Source of the DNA: Spirochaetota bacterium
GTDB taxonomy: Bacteria; Spirochaetota; UBA6919; CBDBPB01
DNA length: 64,000 nucleotides
NCBI GenBank assembly: GCA_965208615.1
Contig: CBDBPB010000006.1
Span: 96,001-160,000 of the forward strand
Reading direction: 5' to 3'
Shown here: piece after piece, positions 50,043 through 62,472 of the stretch
Numbering within the stretch: position 1 is the first letter of the stretch
Layout: each line of letters begins with the position of its first letter
Notes under the pieces: model-generated
Seen by the model: only the letters and a program-made list of their open reading frames with translations
Database searches by the model: none
What the model was told of the DNA's origin: nothing
Translations under genes and position numbers: made by a program

Positions 50043-51125
50043 GTGATAATAACTGTGTTTGATAAACTAGATCAGCTTGAGTTGGATTATGAAAATATTG
50101 CTAAAAAGTTAAGTAGTAACGAGTTGGACTATAGGTCAAAAGAGTATTTAGAGCTTACTAAGGAGCATAGTAGTTTAGAGAAAACTGTAAGTATTTATAG
50201 GGAATATAAAAAATTATTAATCACTTTTGCAGAGACAGAAGAGATAATTAACTCTTCAAATGACTATGAGTTAAAAGAGATTGCTGTAGACGAGTTGGAA
50301 GAGCTTGGTAAAAAGCAAAAATCTTTGTTTAATGATCTTAAAATATCTTTATTCCCTAAGGATCCAAATAGTGGTAAAAACGTTATTATGGAGATAAGAG
50401 CTGGAACAGGGGGTGAAGAGGCCGCTTTATTTGCTGGTGATCTTTATAGGATGTATTTAAAAATGTCTGAGAGAAATAAGTGGAAAGTTGAAATACTTAG
50501 TTCTAATCATAGAGAGGTTGGTGGATATAAAGAAATCATATTTAGTGTCTCAGGGCAAGGGGTTTATGATAAGCTTAAGTATGAAACAGGGGGGCATAGG
50601 GTTCAGAGAATACCTGTAACTGAGTCTGGCGGCCGTATTCATACATCTGCAGTAACTGTTGCTGTTTTACCTGAGGTTGAGGATGCAGAAATTGATATAA
50701 ATCCTAGTGATCTTAGGGTTGATACCTATAGATCAAGTGGTCCTGGCGGACAAAGTGTTAACACTACTGACTCTGCAATAAGGATTACTCATATTCCTAG
50801 TGGATTGGTTGTTCAATGTCAGGATGAGAAGTCTCAACATAAAAATAAGGCAAAAGCTTTACGTGTGTTAAGAGCGAGGCTTAAAGAGAAGTTACAGCAG
50901 GAACAGCAAAAAGACATAGCTGAGGTTAGAAAGCTTCAAATAGGTTCTGGGGATAGATCAGAAAGAATAAGAACATATAATTTTCCTCAAAATAGGGTTA
51001 CTGATCATAGAATTAACCTTACTCTTTATAATAAGCTTGAGATTATGTTAAATGGTGAACTGGATGAATTTAGTGAAGTTCTTATTGAACTAGAAAAGAG
51101 TAAAATATTAAAGGTTGATGTTTAA
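50043..51125 (+). CDS. prfA: Peptide chain release factor 1
   Basis: [14 protein letters not shown] specificity motif, [15 protein letters not shown]. Confidence 0.98.
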   Translation: MIITVFDKLDQLELDYENIAKKLSSNELDYRSKEYLELTKEHSSLEKTVSIYREYKKLLITFAETEEIINSSNDYELKEIAVDELEELGKKQKSLFNDLKISLFPKDPNSGKNVIMEIRAGTGGEEAALFAGDLYRMYLKMSERNKWKVEILSSNHREVGGYKEIIFSVSGQGVYDKLKYETGGHRVQRIPVTESGGRIHTSAVTVAVLPEVEDAEIDINPSDLRVDTYRSSGPGGQSVNTTDSAIRITHIPSGLVVQCQDEKSQHKNKAKALRVLRARLKEKLQQEQQKDIAEVRKLQIGSGDRSERIRTYNFPQNRVTDHRINLTLYNKLEIMLNGELDEFSEVLIELEKSKILKVDV

Positions 51126-51954
51126 AAGAAATTTTGATTTATTAAACTTTGGTGTTGGAGTTTTAAAGTATAATGAAATTCCAAGTAGTATAAGAGAAGG
51201 GGAGTTACTCCTATCTACTACTTTAAATCTTGAACATGAAAAGCTGTCATTGCGATATAACTCTGAAACCAACTATAATTCCGTTAAGAAGTATATTAGT
51301 ATAATCGAAAGAAGAACTTCTAAAGAACCTGTTGCATACATATTAGAAGAAAAAGAGTTTTATTCTAATAGATTTTATGTTAATAGAAGTGTTCTTATTC
51401 CTAGACCTGAAAGCGAGTTAATCATTGATTATATTTTATCTGAAAGAAGCTCTTCTTCTGTAATAGATTTAGGTGTTGGCAGTGGGAATATACTTCTTTC
51501 CATTAGAAGTATTACATCTAAACGTTTGTATGGTGTTGATAATAGTATTGCAGCATTAAAAGTTGCCAAGAAGAATAGTTTACTTTTAAAGTGCGATACG
51601 ACTGTTATATTCTTAAGTGACTTTTTTAAAGTAAAATGTTCTGAAAAAGTGCAGTATCTTGTCAGTAATCCACCATATATAGAGCCAAAAGCTTATAATG
51701 CTTTAATGGAAGATGTTAGAAAGTTTGAACCAGCTAATGCACTCTTAGCAAAAGATGGGGGATTAGTTTATTATAAAATGATAGCAGCTAATTCTAAATC
51801 CTACTTATTACCTAGTGGCAAGATTGTTGTAGAAATTGGTATGGGAATGCTAAATGAAGTTGTTCACATATTCAAAAAGGAAAATCTCAAACTATTAAAA
51901 GTCATGGATGACTTAGCTGGAATACATAGAACATTAATTTTTGGGTTAGTATAA
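51118..51954 (+). CDS. prmC: Release factor glutamine methyltransferase
   Basis: [27 protein letters not shown]; follows prfA. Confidence 0.95.
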   Translation: MFKRNFDLLNFGVGVLKYNEIPSSIREGELLLSTTLNLEHEKLSLRYNSETNYNSVKKYISIIERRTSKEPVAYILEEKEFYSNRFYVNRSVLIPRPESELIIDYILSERSSSSVIDLGVGSGNILLSIRSITSKRLYGVDNSIAALKVAKKNSLLLKCDTTVIFLSDFFKVKCSEKVQYLVSNPPYIEPKAYNALMEDVRKFEPANALLAKDGGLVYYKMIAANSKSYLLPSGKIVVEIGMGMLNEVVHIFKKENLKLLKVMDDLAGIHRTLIFGLV

Positions 51955-53414
51955 TGATTAAACGTAGATTAGTTATTTTAATTACATTTTCTTTATTAAT
52001 ATTGGGTGTGGTATATGGAAAGCCCAATAATAATTACTCATTAGGTAGCGTGTATTATCTCGAAATAATACACGATTTTGGAGATGTCTCTACTGCCTAT
52101 AGTTCTTATATTAAAAAAAACCTTGATATTGTAGATAAAGATCCCACAGCAGTAGCGGTGATTATTGAGGTTAATACACCGGGTGGATTGGTTAGTGAGG
52201 CTGAAAAGATTATCCAATATATACAAAACACTAAAGCTAAAACAATTACTTTTGTTAATCCATCTGCATTTTCAGCTGGAGCATTTATATCCTTGTCGAG
52301 TGATATTACTATTATGTCAAAGGGGAGTAAGATTGGGGATGCCTTTCCTATCATGATTGGAGAGGGTGGTAAACCATCTTCAATTAAAGATAAGGGGGTT
52401 AGGGCTAAGATTTTATCTGGGCTTAAGTCTTCTATTAGGTCTTTGGCAAATAAAAGAAAGAAGAGGCTAATCCTTGAGATGAGTGAAGGTAAATATAAAC
52501 ACTTGAAAGAAGGAAATTCTATTAGAAATATAGAAAAGATTATGGAGGCTATGGTTGACCCTGATGTAGAGCTTACTCAAGAAGAAGACGGCTATAATCT
52601 AAAAAAAGGGGAACTTCTTACTTTGACTGGTGATGAGGCATATAACTTAGGTATAGCTGATGGAATATATAATAATAGAGGTGAGGTTTTAAGGGCTTTT
52701 AACCTTGATAAATACGATGTTATTGAGCTTAAACCAGAGACTAGTGATATTCTTATGTCAATTTTAGTTCACCCGGTAACAACGTCTATATTGCTTACCC
52801 TTGGTATGCTTGGTATGATAATGGAATTTTGGACTTCTGGGTGGGGTGTTGCTGGTACTATTGGTATTTTAGCCTTGTCTTTATTTTTTTATGGTCAAAT
52901 TGTTGGTAGGGATGCCTCATTAGCATCCTTAGTTTTATTTATAGTTGGATTAGGCTTATTGGCTGTAGAACTTTTTGTTATACCAGGATTCGGTATTGTT
53001 GGTGTAGCTGGGGCAGTTGGCATATTACTAAGCTTTGTTAGTGCTATGGGAGTAGATTTCTTTAATCTATCAGCCACAATAGATAGGCTGGCGGATGCTT
53101 CTATTGTTATAATTATCTCTATAGTAGCTGTAATAATAATTAGTGTTTTATTTTTCAAGTCTATACGTAAAACCAAAGGACTCTCAGGCATAATCCTTAC
53201 TGACAAAATTGAGGCTACATCTCATGCTAAGGAGCATGGTAATCTTGTTAATAGAGAGGGTGTGGCTTTAACTATTTTAAGACCTTCTGGCAGGGGGCAA
53301 TTTGACGATATAAGCTGTGATGTAATCACCAACGGGGAGTGTATTGAAAAAGGTGATAAAATAAAAGCTATTAAAAATGAAAAGGGTAATGTAGTTGTAA
53401 AAAAGATTATTTAA
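51954..53414 (+). CDS. NfeD-family membrane-bound serine protease (long form)
   Basis: VNTPGG, AFSAGAFI, LLTLT, TM bundle with ELFVIPGFG, C-terminal OB domain LRPSG. Confidence 0.9.
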   Translation: MIKRRLVILITFSLLILGVVYGKPNNNYSLGSVYYLEIIHDFGDVSTAYSSYIKKNLDIVDKDPTAVAVIIEVNTPGGLVSEAEKIIQYIQNTKAKTITFVNPSAFSAGAFISLSSDITIMSKGSKIGDAFPIMIGEGGKPSSIKDKGVRAKILSGLKSSIRSLANKRKKRLILEMSEGKYKHLKEGNSIRNIEKIMEAMVDPDVELTQEEDGYNLKKGELLTLTGDEAYNLGIADGIYNNRGEVLRAFNLDKYDVIELKPETSDILMSILVHPVTTSILLTLGMLGMIMEFWTSGWGVAGTIGILALSLFFYGQIVGRDASLASLVLFIVGLGLLAVELFVIPGFGIVGVAGAVGILLSFVSAMGVDFFNLSATIDRLADASIVIIISIVAVIIISVLFFKSIRKTKGLSGIILTDKIEATSHAKEHGNLVNREGVALTILRPSGRGQFDDISCDVITNGECIEKGDKIKAIKNEKGNVVVKKII

Positions 53415-53469
53415 TGCTTAAAGTTTATATAGGTAAAGATTTAGGTTTTAAATACATGGCTATTTAAAA

Positions 53470-54472
53470 ATGGTTATAAAGCAAAAAGATTTCAAAAAAA
53501 GAGTTCTTAGGCTTATTAGAAAAAAGAAGTTTAATGAAGCTTTAAGTCTTGTAGAGCAAAAACATAGTCGTGCAAAAAATAGTTCATTTTTTTACTCTAT
53601 TTATAGTATGATAAATATTTTTATGGGAAATCACTACGAAGCTAAACTTTTTTTAGAAAAAGCTCTTAGGATGAATCCCAATGACTTAGTGGCTTTGGAT
53701 ATATTTGCTTATACTCTACTATTAGAAAAGCAATTTAAAGATGCTGCCCAGGTTTATCTAAAAATTATTGAGGCTGACCCTAAGAATAGGAAAGTAAAGA
53801 AAATAGTAAATAACTTTAAAACAGATAGCAAGATAAAAAGATATACTAATAAGCTAACCCCTAGCAAATACTTTTTAGGTATAAACTATTACTTTTCAAC
53901 CTACCAACAGATAACCGCTATTTTAATAGTTGGAATCCTAATTGGAATATTGATTTATGATAATTTCTTTAAAAATCAAATTAACTTTTCAGGATCAATT
54001 CTAGTAAAAGTACGTGATAAGTATGAAGAAAAGCTTTTTCTAACTTTAAATGAAATTGTTAAAAAAAAAGATATTGCAAAAAACCCTAAACTTCCTATAA
54101 ATAATAGGCTCATAAACTTAAATGAGTTACTTATGACATCTAATAGTTTAGAAGAAAAAATAAAGATGGATCATTTACTACGAAGAAAAATTATTGGTAA
54201 TAGAAAAGGTTATACTATAAATAAAAAAACCCTCGATTGAAGAGGTTATTTCTAACCCAAGCAAGTATGATGGGATTAGTATAACCATAACTGGTAAATT
54301 AAATAAAGAACTTAAGAACTACAAAATAACAACACAACAAGGATACGCTTTAGATGTAAAGGATCGCAATAGAATTATAACTTCTCATGTAGGAATGGTT
54401 GAGGTCTTTGGAATTATATCTATTTTAGATAAAAAGTTGTCAATTATACCTTTAAAAGTAAAGGATGTTTAA
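53470..54472 (+). CDS. TPR-TM-OB-fold hypothetical protein, one frameshift near 54225
   Basis: TPRs and a TM helix, then after the A-run a second frame reads PSIEEVISNPSKYDGISITITGKL...KVKDV*, ending at the murC ATG. Confidence 0.6.
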
Positions 54473-55860
54473 TGGGTTTTAAGTTTAGTGCTTCTCAATA
54501 TAAATTTCACTTTATAGGAATCGGTGGTATTGGGATGTCTGGGTTAGCTAAAATACTTTTAAATACAGGGTATAAGGTTAGTGGTTCTGATAAGAATAAG
54601 TCATGGCTCACTGAGGAGCTTATAAAGCTTGGCGCTATAATTAACTATGGACATTCAAAAGATAATATAGAAGATGCAAATGTAATTATATATAGTGCTG
54701 CTATAAAAGAAGATAACGTGGAATTTAAAGAGGCTTTACTTAAAGGAATTCCTATTATAAATAGGGCAGAAATGCTTAGTGAGCTTGCAGATCCTTTTTA
54801 TAGTATTGCTGTTACTGGTACCCATGGAAAAACTACTACAGCTACTATTCTTAGTAAAATACTTTTTGATTCTTTTTTTGAACCTACAATAATATTAGGG
54901 GGTATTGCTCCATTTATTCAAAGTAATTCTTATAAAGGAAGTGGGAATTATAGTGTTTATGAAGCTTGTGAAGCTTATGGCTCTCTTAGGTATTACAAAC
55001 CATCTATTGCCATAGTTACAAATGTTGATATGGATCATTTTGACTACTTTAACTCTATTGATGAAGTGAAAATGGAATTTAATCATTTTATTAAAAGAAT
55101 TCCTTTTTATGGAAAGATTTTTTTAAATAGGGATGACCCTCTGTCTATGGATATAGCAAAGGACTGCTTTAAACCTATTAGTTTTTATGGTATAAACAGC
55201 AGCGATGCTGAATTAAGAGCAATAGATATAAACTTTAAGATCGACAGCACATCTTTTAAATTGTTGCATAATGATAGTATAGTAGGAACAATTACTTATC
55301 CTCTTTATGGACTACATAACGTGTATAACATACTATCTGCTATTTCAGCCGCTATATATTTAAATATTGATTTTCTATCTATAGCTAGGTCCCTTAAGGG
55401 TTTTGTTAATAGTAATGAGGCGTTTTCAGTTAATTGGGGAAAAAAGAAATATAAAAATTTATAGTGATTATGCTCATCATCCTACTGAGATAAAAATGAC
55501 AATTAGTTCTGTTAGGCAAATGAAACCCAATAGTAGAGTTGTTGTTATATTCCAGCCTCATTTATATTCAAGAACTAAAATCTTATTCTCAGAGTTTGCT
55601 GAAGCATTAATATTGAGTGATTTTATATGCTTACTTCCAATCTATCCCGCGCTAGAGAGAAAGCCATTAAAGGTATTACTTCTAATCTAATCATGGAGAG
55701 TATTAAGATTAAAAAACCTGACATAAAAGCTTTATCTTTTATGTCTAGAGAAGAATTGTTAAATAGCTTGCCTATAAAGCTCTGCCCGAATGATATAATT
55801 CTTACTCTAGGTGCGGGAGATATAGATCTTACTGCCTATGATCTTTTGGATAGACTTTAA
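54472..55860 (+). CDS. murC: UDP-N-acetylmuramate--L-alanine ligase, split by two frameshifts (probably assembly errors)
   Basis: FIGIGGIGMSGLA, TGTHGKTTT; next frame RRFQ...DYAHHPTEI, FQPHLYSRT; third frame LTLGAGDI. Confidence 0.92.
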
Positions 55861-55877
55861 CAAAGTTTATTTTATAA

Positions 55878-56702
55878 CTAGTTTTCGTATTGTTTAAAGT
55901 CGAGTATGATATTTGGATTAATAGTAATTGCTTTTTTAATGGCTTGACTGCTATTTAAAGTATAAAATTTATATTGTTGCTTTAAGCTTTCTATAAAAGA
56001 TATATCTTTTTCATTGTTTAACTTTTTAATAGTTTCTTTTGCTTTGCTTTTATAAAACAAGTACTTATAGTAATAGGCAATATCAGGTTTATAGTTGTTG
56101 CTTATAGCTTTATCAAAAAAAGATGGAATTTCTTTTTCATCCCTATCTTGCAAAACATGACTGGCAAACATTGTCTTACCTTTATATATAGTATAAAATA
56201 ACTTGCCTTTATAGTAGTAGCACTTGCCAAGCTGATATTTAAGATAAGGTTTAAACTCAATACCTAATTGATTTCTTTGTGTTTGAAGCTTAGATAAAAT
56301 ATTTGACAGTTTATCTATAATTTTTATAGCATCTTTAGACTCACCCCCTCATAAAATAAATATCTATCTCTAAAAATAATGCAGAATAATATAAGGATTT
56401 ACTTGAAAATTTATTTTCCCCTTCATATAAAGCTAAGTTAACTTTATAAAGCGCTTGAACATAGAGCTGTTTTTGGGATAAGATAGAGGCTATCCAAAAA
56501 TTACAGTCTGAATAATCTTTTTTTATTGCCAAAGCCTTTTCATAATTGCCTATAGCTAAGCCCAATTGACCTATTCGTCTGTAATTATCTCCTCTAGCTT
56601 TATAAACGAAGGCTGGATCTTGTAAATAGCTTTTTCCATAAGCTATAGTTAGAGTAAAAAAAAAATAAAAATATTAATACTAAAGCTTTAGTTTTTTTTC
56701 AT
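55878..56702 (-). CDS. Exported TPR protein, several frameshifts
   Basis: ATG at 56702 with signal-peptide-like sequence broken at homopolymers; TPR fragments in ORFs 56341-56565 and 55878-56171. Confidence 0.55.
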
Positions 56703-56734
56703 GTTAAACTACCATAAAGTCGATATTATTTTTT

Positions 56735-56761
56735 ATATCGGTACTTAGTAATAATTGTTTA
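56735..56761 (-). promoter_or_regulatory. Sigma28-like promoter
   Basis: TAAA-N15-ACCGATAT about 33 nt upstream of ATG 56702. Confidence 0.55.
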
Positions 56762-56789
56762 ATCTAATCTAAAATAAAGTTATGGCATA

Positions 56790-56817
56790 AATAAATATAA
56801 GGTATATTATGTCTAAT
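56790..56817. other. dif-like chromosome dimer resolution site (Xer)
   Basis: AATAAATATAA-GGTATA-TTATGTCTAAT: 11-6-11 imperfect inverted repeat, right arm close to the XerD arm TTATGTTAAAT; intergenic; near the strand-bias switch. Confidence 0.7.
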
Positions 56818-57076
56818 AAAAAATACTTTGTTAACTCTTTTTTTATTCTTGTTTTTTATTCTCATTAACCGATATATTTTAGGAAATTATAATTGTTATA
56901 ATAACAATGACGTAAAATAACCACTATAACCTACTAAAAAACCTATAGGAAAATATTTATGAGGATATTTGATTTTTTGTTTTCATCAATAAGGTCAAGG
57001 CTTGATAATATTGAAAGACGAATTAAAATATTAAAGCAGAATCCTATCTTTCTTCAACTTTCTTTAGAAGAGTAAA

Positions 57077-57925
57077 CTAAGAAAAAAACTTTATTGTTTT
57101 ATAAAGCATATCTTTTAGCTTTTTTCTATGAACAATAAAGTCAATAAATCCATGATTTAATAAAAACTCAGACCGCTGAAATTCTTTTGGTAGTTTTTGC
57201 TTAATAGTTTGCTCAATTACTCTTGTGACCCGCAAATCCAATCAATGCATTTGGCTCTGCAATTATAATATCTCCTATTGAGGAAAAACTAGCACTTACG
57301 CCTCCCATTGTTGGATCAGTTAGAAGTGATATGTATAACAACTTAGCCTGAGATAATTTTGATAAGGCAGCACAGGTTTTTGCCATCTGCATTAAAGAAA
57401 AAAACTCCTTCTTGCATTCTTGCACCACCAGAGCAGGATACAATTAATAAAGGAGTTTTATACCTAATACACTTATTTATTGCCCTAATAATTTTTTCGC
57501 CCATTACTGTTGCCATACTACCACCAAAAAATCTAAAATCCATAACGCAGACTTGAAGGTGTAATCCAAAAATCTTACCACTACCAGTAATCATAGCATC
57601 ATTTAAGCCAGTTTTATAATTTGTAGACAAAAGCTTTTCAGAATAGCTTTCATCCATATGTTTGAATTTAAGAGGATCCGAAGAAGAAATATTATCATTA
57701 TATTCTTGAAAGCTACCTGGATCTATCAATACCTGAGTTCTTTCTTTGGAATTTAGCCCTATAATGATAATCGCATTTAGGGCAAACCCTTAAATTATTT
57801 TCCCATTCGCGATTATATATTATCTCTTTGCACTCTAAACATTTTGTCCAGAGTCCCTCTTTACTTAATTCAAGTTGTTTTTCAGGCGTTTTTAATCCAT
57901 ATTTAGGTTTGAAAAACCAGTCCAT
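57077..57925 (-). CDS. accD: Acetyl-CoA carboxylase carboxyltransferase beta subunit, frameshifted (probably assembly errors)
   Basis: [71 protein letters not shown] across frames. Confidence 0.92.
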
Positions 57926-57944
57926 ATTTTTATATCCTAATAAA

Positions 57945-60900
57945 TTATTTTATTGCCAAAAGCTCATAAATCTTTACAGGCTTAACCTTGCCCTTAACCC
58001 TAACTATATCTAACTCTCTAACAATAGTATAATCTTTAACTAATTTATATGTATGTTCAGTAATAATTAGCTCAGTTCCATATACCTTATTAGCGCCCTC
58101 TACTCGTGAACCAAGATTAACTTGATCACCCATAATAGTATAATCCATTCTTTGAGTAGAACCCATATTTCCAACTATCATATCACCAGTATTTAAACCA
58201 ATTCCTATACGAATTTTAAAGTTGTCTGGCCATCCCTTATTAAGCTCTTCTAACCTCTCATTCATTTTTAAAGCAGTCTTACAAGCAAGAAGAGCATGGT
58301 CTTCTATATCCAAAGGAGCACCCCAAAAAGCCATTAAAGCATCACCAATATATTTATCTAATGTACCCTCTATACCGAATTACAATATCACTCATTTCTG
58401 ACAAATATATATTTAAGTGATCCACCAACTCATGAGGGTTTAAATTCTCAGAAAAGCTTGTAAATCCACGAATATCAGAAAACAATACAGTTAAAACTCG
58501 ACTTTCTCCTCCAAGTTCCAACTTTTTGTTAGACTCTAAAATACTATCTACAACTTCTGCACTAACATATTTTGAAAACATCCCCTTAATCTTTCTCTTA
58601 TCTTTTTCTTCTGTCATTAGCTTATACACCATAAGAGTGATAAAAGAAAATAGCATAGTAAGAATAGTACCAACTAATGGAATGTCTATCTTCAACTTAG
58701 GGAATATATATAAGAAATTAAAAAGTATATAAAAAAAAGTAATAGTAAAGAAAAATAAAAATCCTCTCAAAATAGTCAATCTAGGTAAAGCTGTACCAAA
58801 GAGTAATGCAAATAAAAACATAATAGTATATTCATATGAAAGCTCTATACCACCTATAGATAAAATATTTTTACTCAAAGGAGTTATAAAATCTCTTTTT
58901 ATAATTGTATTTAAGGCATTAGCGTGGATTTCAATTCCAAAAAGAGTACCCATAAGGTGTTTCAAAAGTAATCCCTAGACTCTCCCAAACCAGCAGTTGT
59001 ATAAAAAACCAATAAAAATAATCTTATTTTTAAACCTTTCCCAGCTAAATGAAGGTGTTTCTTTTTCATAACCTATACCATAAGGAGGAGGTATTTCATT
59101 ATTTTATATAAACGTTCTCTTGATAAACCCATATATTTTCCAAAATGGTCATTTTCAAAAGACCTATGATACCCTTGATAATTTATTATCATTTGGCCTA
59201 CTTCGTCAATGGGTATTCTTATATCATCATTAGATATTCTATATGTTTCTAAGTGTTCAATATCTCCACTAATAAGCCGATCTTCTTTTTTAATAAAGTT
59301 AATTTTATATGTTCCTTTTTCATCAGCAGTAATATTATCAATAGCCTGTTCTACAAAGAGTGGGTTAATCTTAGCTTCTCGGGCTATATTAATTAATGTG
59401 TTATTATAATATAAAGCCTTATCTTTTTTTGCTAGACTAATTAACCTTGAAACAACCTCTTGATAAATTTTAATCTCATCAATACCGTTTAATATTCCTT
59501 TTGGATTAAATATTTGAATTTCTTGATCAATAACCCTAATAACATTATTTTGTCTACCATGGTCAATCTTGGCATAGGCATTCTTTAATATAGATAGAAC
59601 TTTATCCTTGTTAATTTTTGTTTTTTCAACAAGATAAGATATTGCATCATTGGTCTTTATAGTATAAAATTTACTATTCTCCTGAAAAGATGTATATTTA
59701 TAGTCTAGTCCATCAATAAGCTTAGTAATTATCTTTCTATAAGCAAGATTTTTTGTTTTATGGGGATTATCTTTATATTCAATTAGCTTATTAAGATCTT
59801 GTATGTTAATATAACTAAATGTGGGATAGCTTATTAAGTTATTTTCTAATAATAAGTTTAATGTTTTCTTTATAGATTTCTTATTAATTTTTAGATCACT
59901 CATGCCAGAATAAAGCTCATCTAGTACTCTGGTAAATTGATTTTCATTTGGATCGCTAAAATTAAAAATATAGTCAATTATCTTGATCTGTTCTTTATCT
60001 TTTAAGGATTGTTTTAATACCATCATTTGTTTTAAATTAGTAAAAGTTATAAATTCTCCTTTTTTTTCATAGTATTGCACTAAGCCTTCTTTTTTAAGTT
60101 TTCCTAATACAATTTTAATATCATCATAGGTGGTAATAAATTTGATAATATCCTTAGTAGACTGCTCAGGTATAGATTTATAATACTCATCTATAGCCTT
60201 TCTATTAATAGATTTAATACCAGGGAATCCGCCATTATTAGCAAGTTTTATTAAATTATTATTTGAGAGTTCTATTATTACTCTAAAAAACTCTTCTTCG
60301 TTAATAGGATTATTAGTAATCAGCCCAGTCACTAAGGTATAATACTGATCTTTGGGAGCTTTAAAGTTTTTAAATGATATTTTCCCATCTTTTTTGTCAA
60401 TAAATGTAATTTTTACTTTTCTTTTTAAGTCATCTTTCTCTAGCATCTTTCTTTGGATGAAACTACTTAATACAAGATTTCTATCCCTTAGCTTGCTAAG
60501 GTAGTCATTTAATTTATCCAAGTCAATATTGTCTATCTTTTTGCTTTCTATTTGAAAAAAAGTTTAAGTATTTGCTAATAGAAGTTTGTGTTAAAGATAT
60601 TAAAAAAGTCATTAATCTCTCTTTTTAAGACATCATAAGACAGATCAATATTCAGATTATTTTTTTTGTATTTATTTTTTAGAATGGTTTTCAGTTCTTT
60701 ATCAGATAATAAGTTATCTAGTAGCTCCATATAATTAATTTTAAAATTATTAGTTTTATTTTTCTTTTTTACTATAGTTATAATATTTTTAATTATATGC
60801 TCCATAAACTCATCAACATATTTCATTCCACCTATAAACCTTTTAGACTATCATTAATAGATTTTTCTAACATATTTAATAGGTTTTCTTATCATAGCTC

Positions 60901-62437
60901 CTTTTAGAGTAATTGCCTTGCCTAACTCCTACTACTACATCCTTAGACTTAACATTAAAATATCCCATAGCCATAATAAGCCCAATAGTAGGCATAAATA
61001 TTGGTTTAGCCATAATTCGTTCATCATAAATTCTATATAATAAAGGCATTTTTCTTCTCTTGCCATCATTGTCACTCAATATGTTAGCTGGAGCCACTAC
61101 CAGCAATGTTCTTAGTAATTTCAGCTAGTGGAGCCTTAATATCATAGCCAATAGGCGGATAAGAGAACATTGGGTTATAAGTTAGGGGAACCGTAATTTT
61201 ATTTCCATTTTTATCATAAAACATTTTTTAACTCAAATTTTAGGTAAATATTTATATCTTTCTTTTACGTCTTTTTCCCTTAGTCTGCCTTCTTTCTGAG
61301 GGTTAAGGGGATAATCAACAAATATATATTTTTATAATCTTTATGAAGTTTTAACTCCTCAATAAACTTTTTATCAGACTCTCCTTTTTTATTTTTAGCC
61401 CACTCTCTAAGTATGTTTTCAATAGTTTTTTACTATTCTTTGATGTTTTTTAGTTTTTCTAAAAGAATACCAAAATCTTTATTGAAATAGCTATTTTTTA
61501 AAGGTAAATCTTACTATTTCTCTTTTTGAGTCAAAAGAAAAATATCAAAAAAAAACTATTTTAGGGACTAATAGAATTCCAAGCTAACTCCTTAACCCTC
61601 ATCCAAATTAATGTTGGTAATATTGGCTTATCCTTTTATACAGTAAGGACGAAAATAAGATAAAAAGTCTGCATAAGTCAGTCTCTCCTCGGACCCCATG
61701 GAAATTGACCGTAAAATATTGTTTAAATAATTAAATTGAGAACGCTCAGTAACACCTAAAATACTAATAGGACTATCAATCCAACTATTAAGATCATTAC
61801 CAGTAGTATGCTCCTTGTGATCCTTTATAGCAAACTTAGCCGCATCTGTTATTTGATATTCAAAGTTTTGAATAAATTGTAAGTCTAATATTCCAATGGT
61901 AAATAAAACAGTAGCTATAGTAATTGTCAAAGGAAAAATAGTGTTGCTAACAACTGGTGACACTGTATAACTAGTTCTAAACACATCAATTATAGTCCCA
62001 CCCCTTTTTTCAAACTCACTTTTTTGCTGAGCAAACTCAGAAATAGTTTCTTTTATACTCCTAGACTTTCTTTCTATCGACCTATAGTATAAATAGTTAG
62101 CAATTTTACCCCACAAAAAAGAAATAAAAATATAAAGTGTTAAAACTACAAAAGGTAAAAGAAGATTCTTAATACTATAACCAAACAATACTATATCAAT
62201 AACAGGTTTCTTTAAAACAAAATGACTTAAAACAATATAACTAGCACTATAAATTATAATTACCAAAAGTCCTATTAAATATAGCTTTCTGTATATCATC
62301 CAAAAAGGACCAAATATAAAGCTTGCCCAGTTCCAACTAAAAATTGTATTTTTAGTCTTCATATTTGTCCATTTTAATGTATAATAGTTATCCTTGCTTT
62401 TTACAAATAGTTTTAACTCTTCATGTGTAAGAGACAT
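57945..62437 (-). CDS. Very large DUF2628-CHASE2-class III adenylate cyclase, fragmented by frameshifts
   Basis: WNWASFIFGPFWMIYRK (DUF2628); CHASE2 motifs DNDGKRRKMPL, IPIDEVGQMIINY, GIEIHANALNTI; 3 TM; FSDIRGFT, DKYIGDA, MDYTIMGDQVNLGSRVEG. Confidence 0.7.
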
Positions 62438-62472
62438 AAGTACTCCAGAAAAACTTTAGTTAGTATAAACAC

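Noticed and set aside
56783-56800. Sigma54 promoter (TGGCAT)
   Set aside because: No GC at the -12 position; the sequence runs into the dif-like site.
54472-57925. Programmed frameshifting or true pseudogenes in murC and accD
   Set aside because: Several indels per gene in mixed contexts with no slippery-site plus structure pattern; assembly error is more parsimonious.
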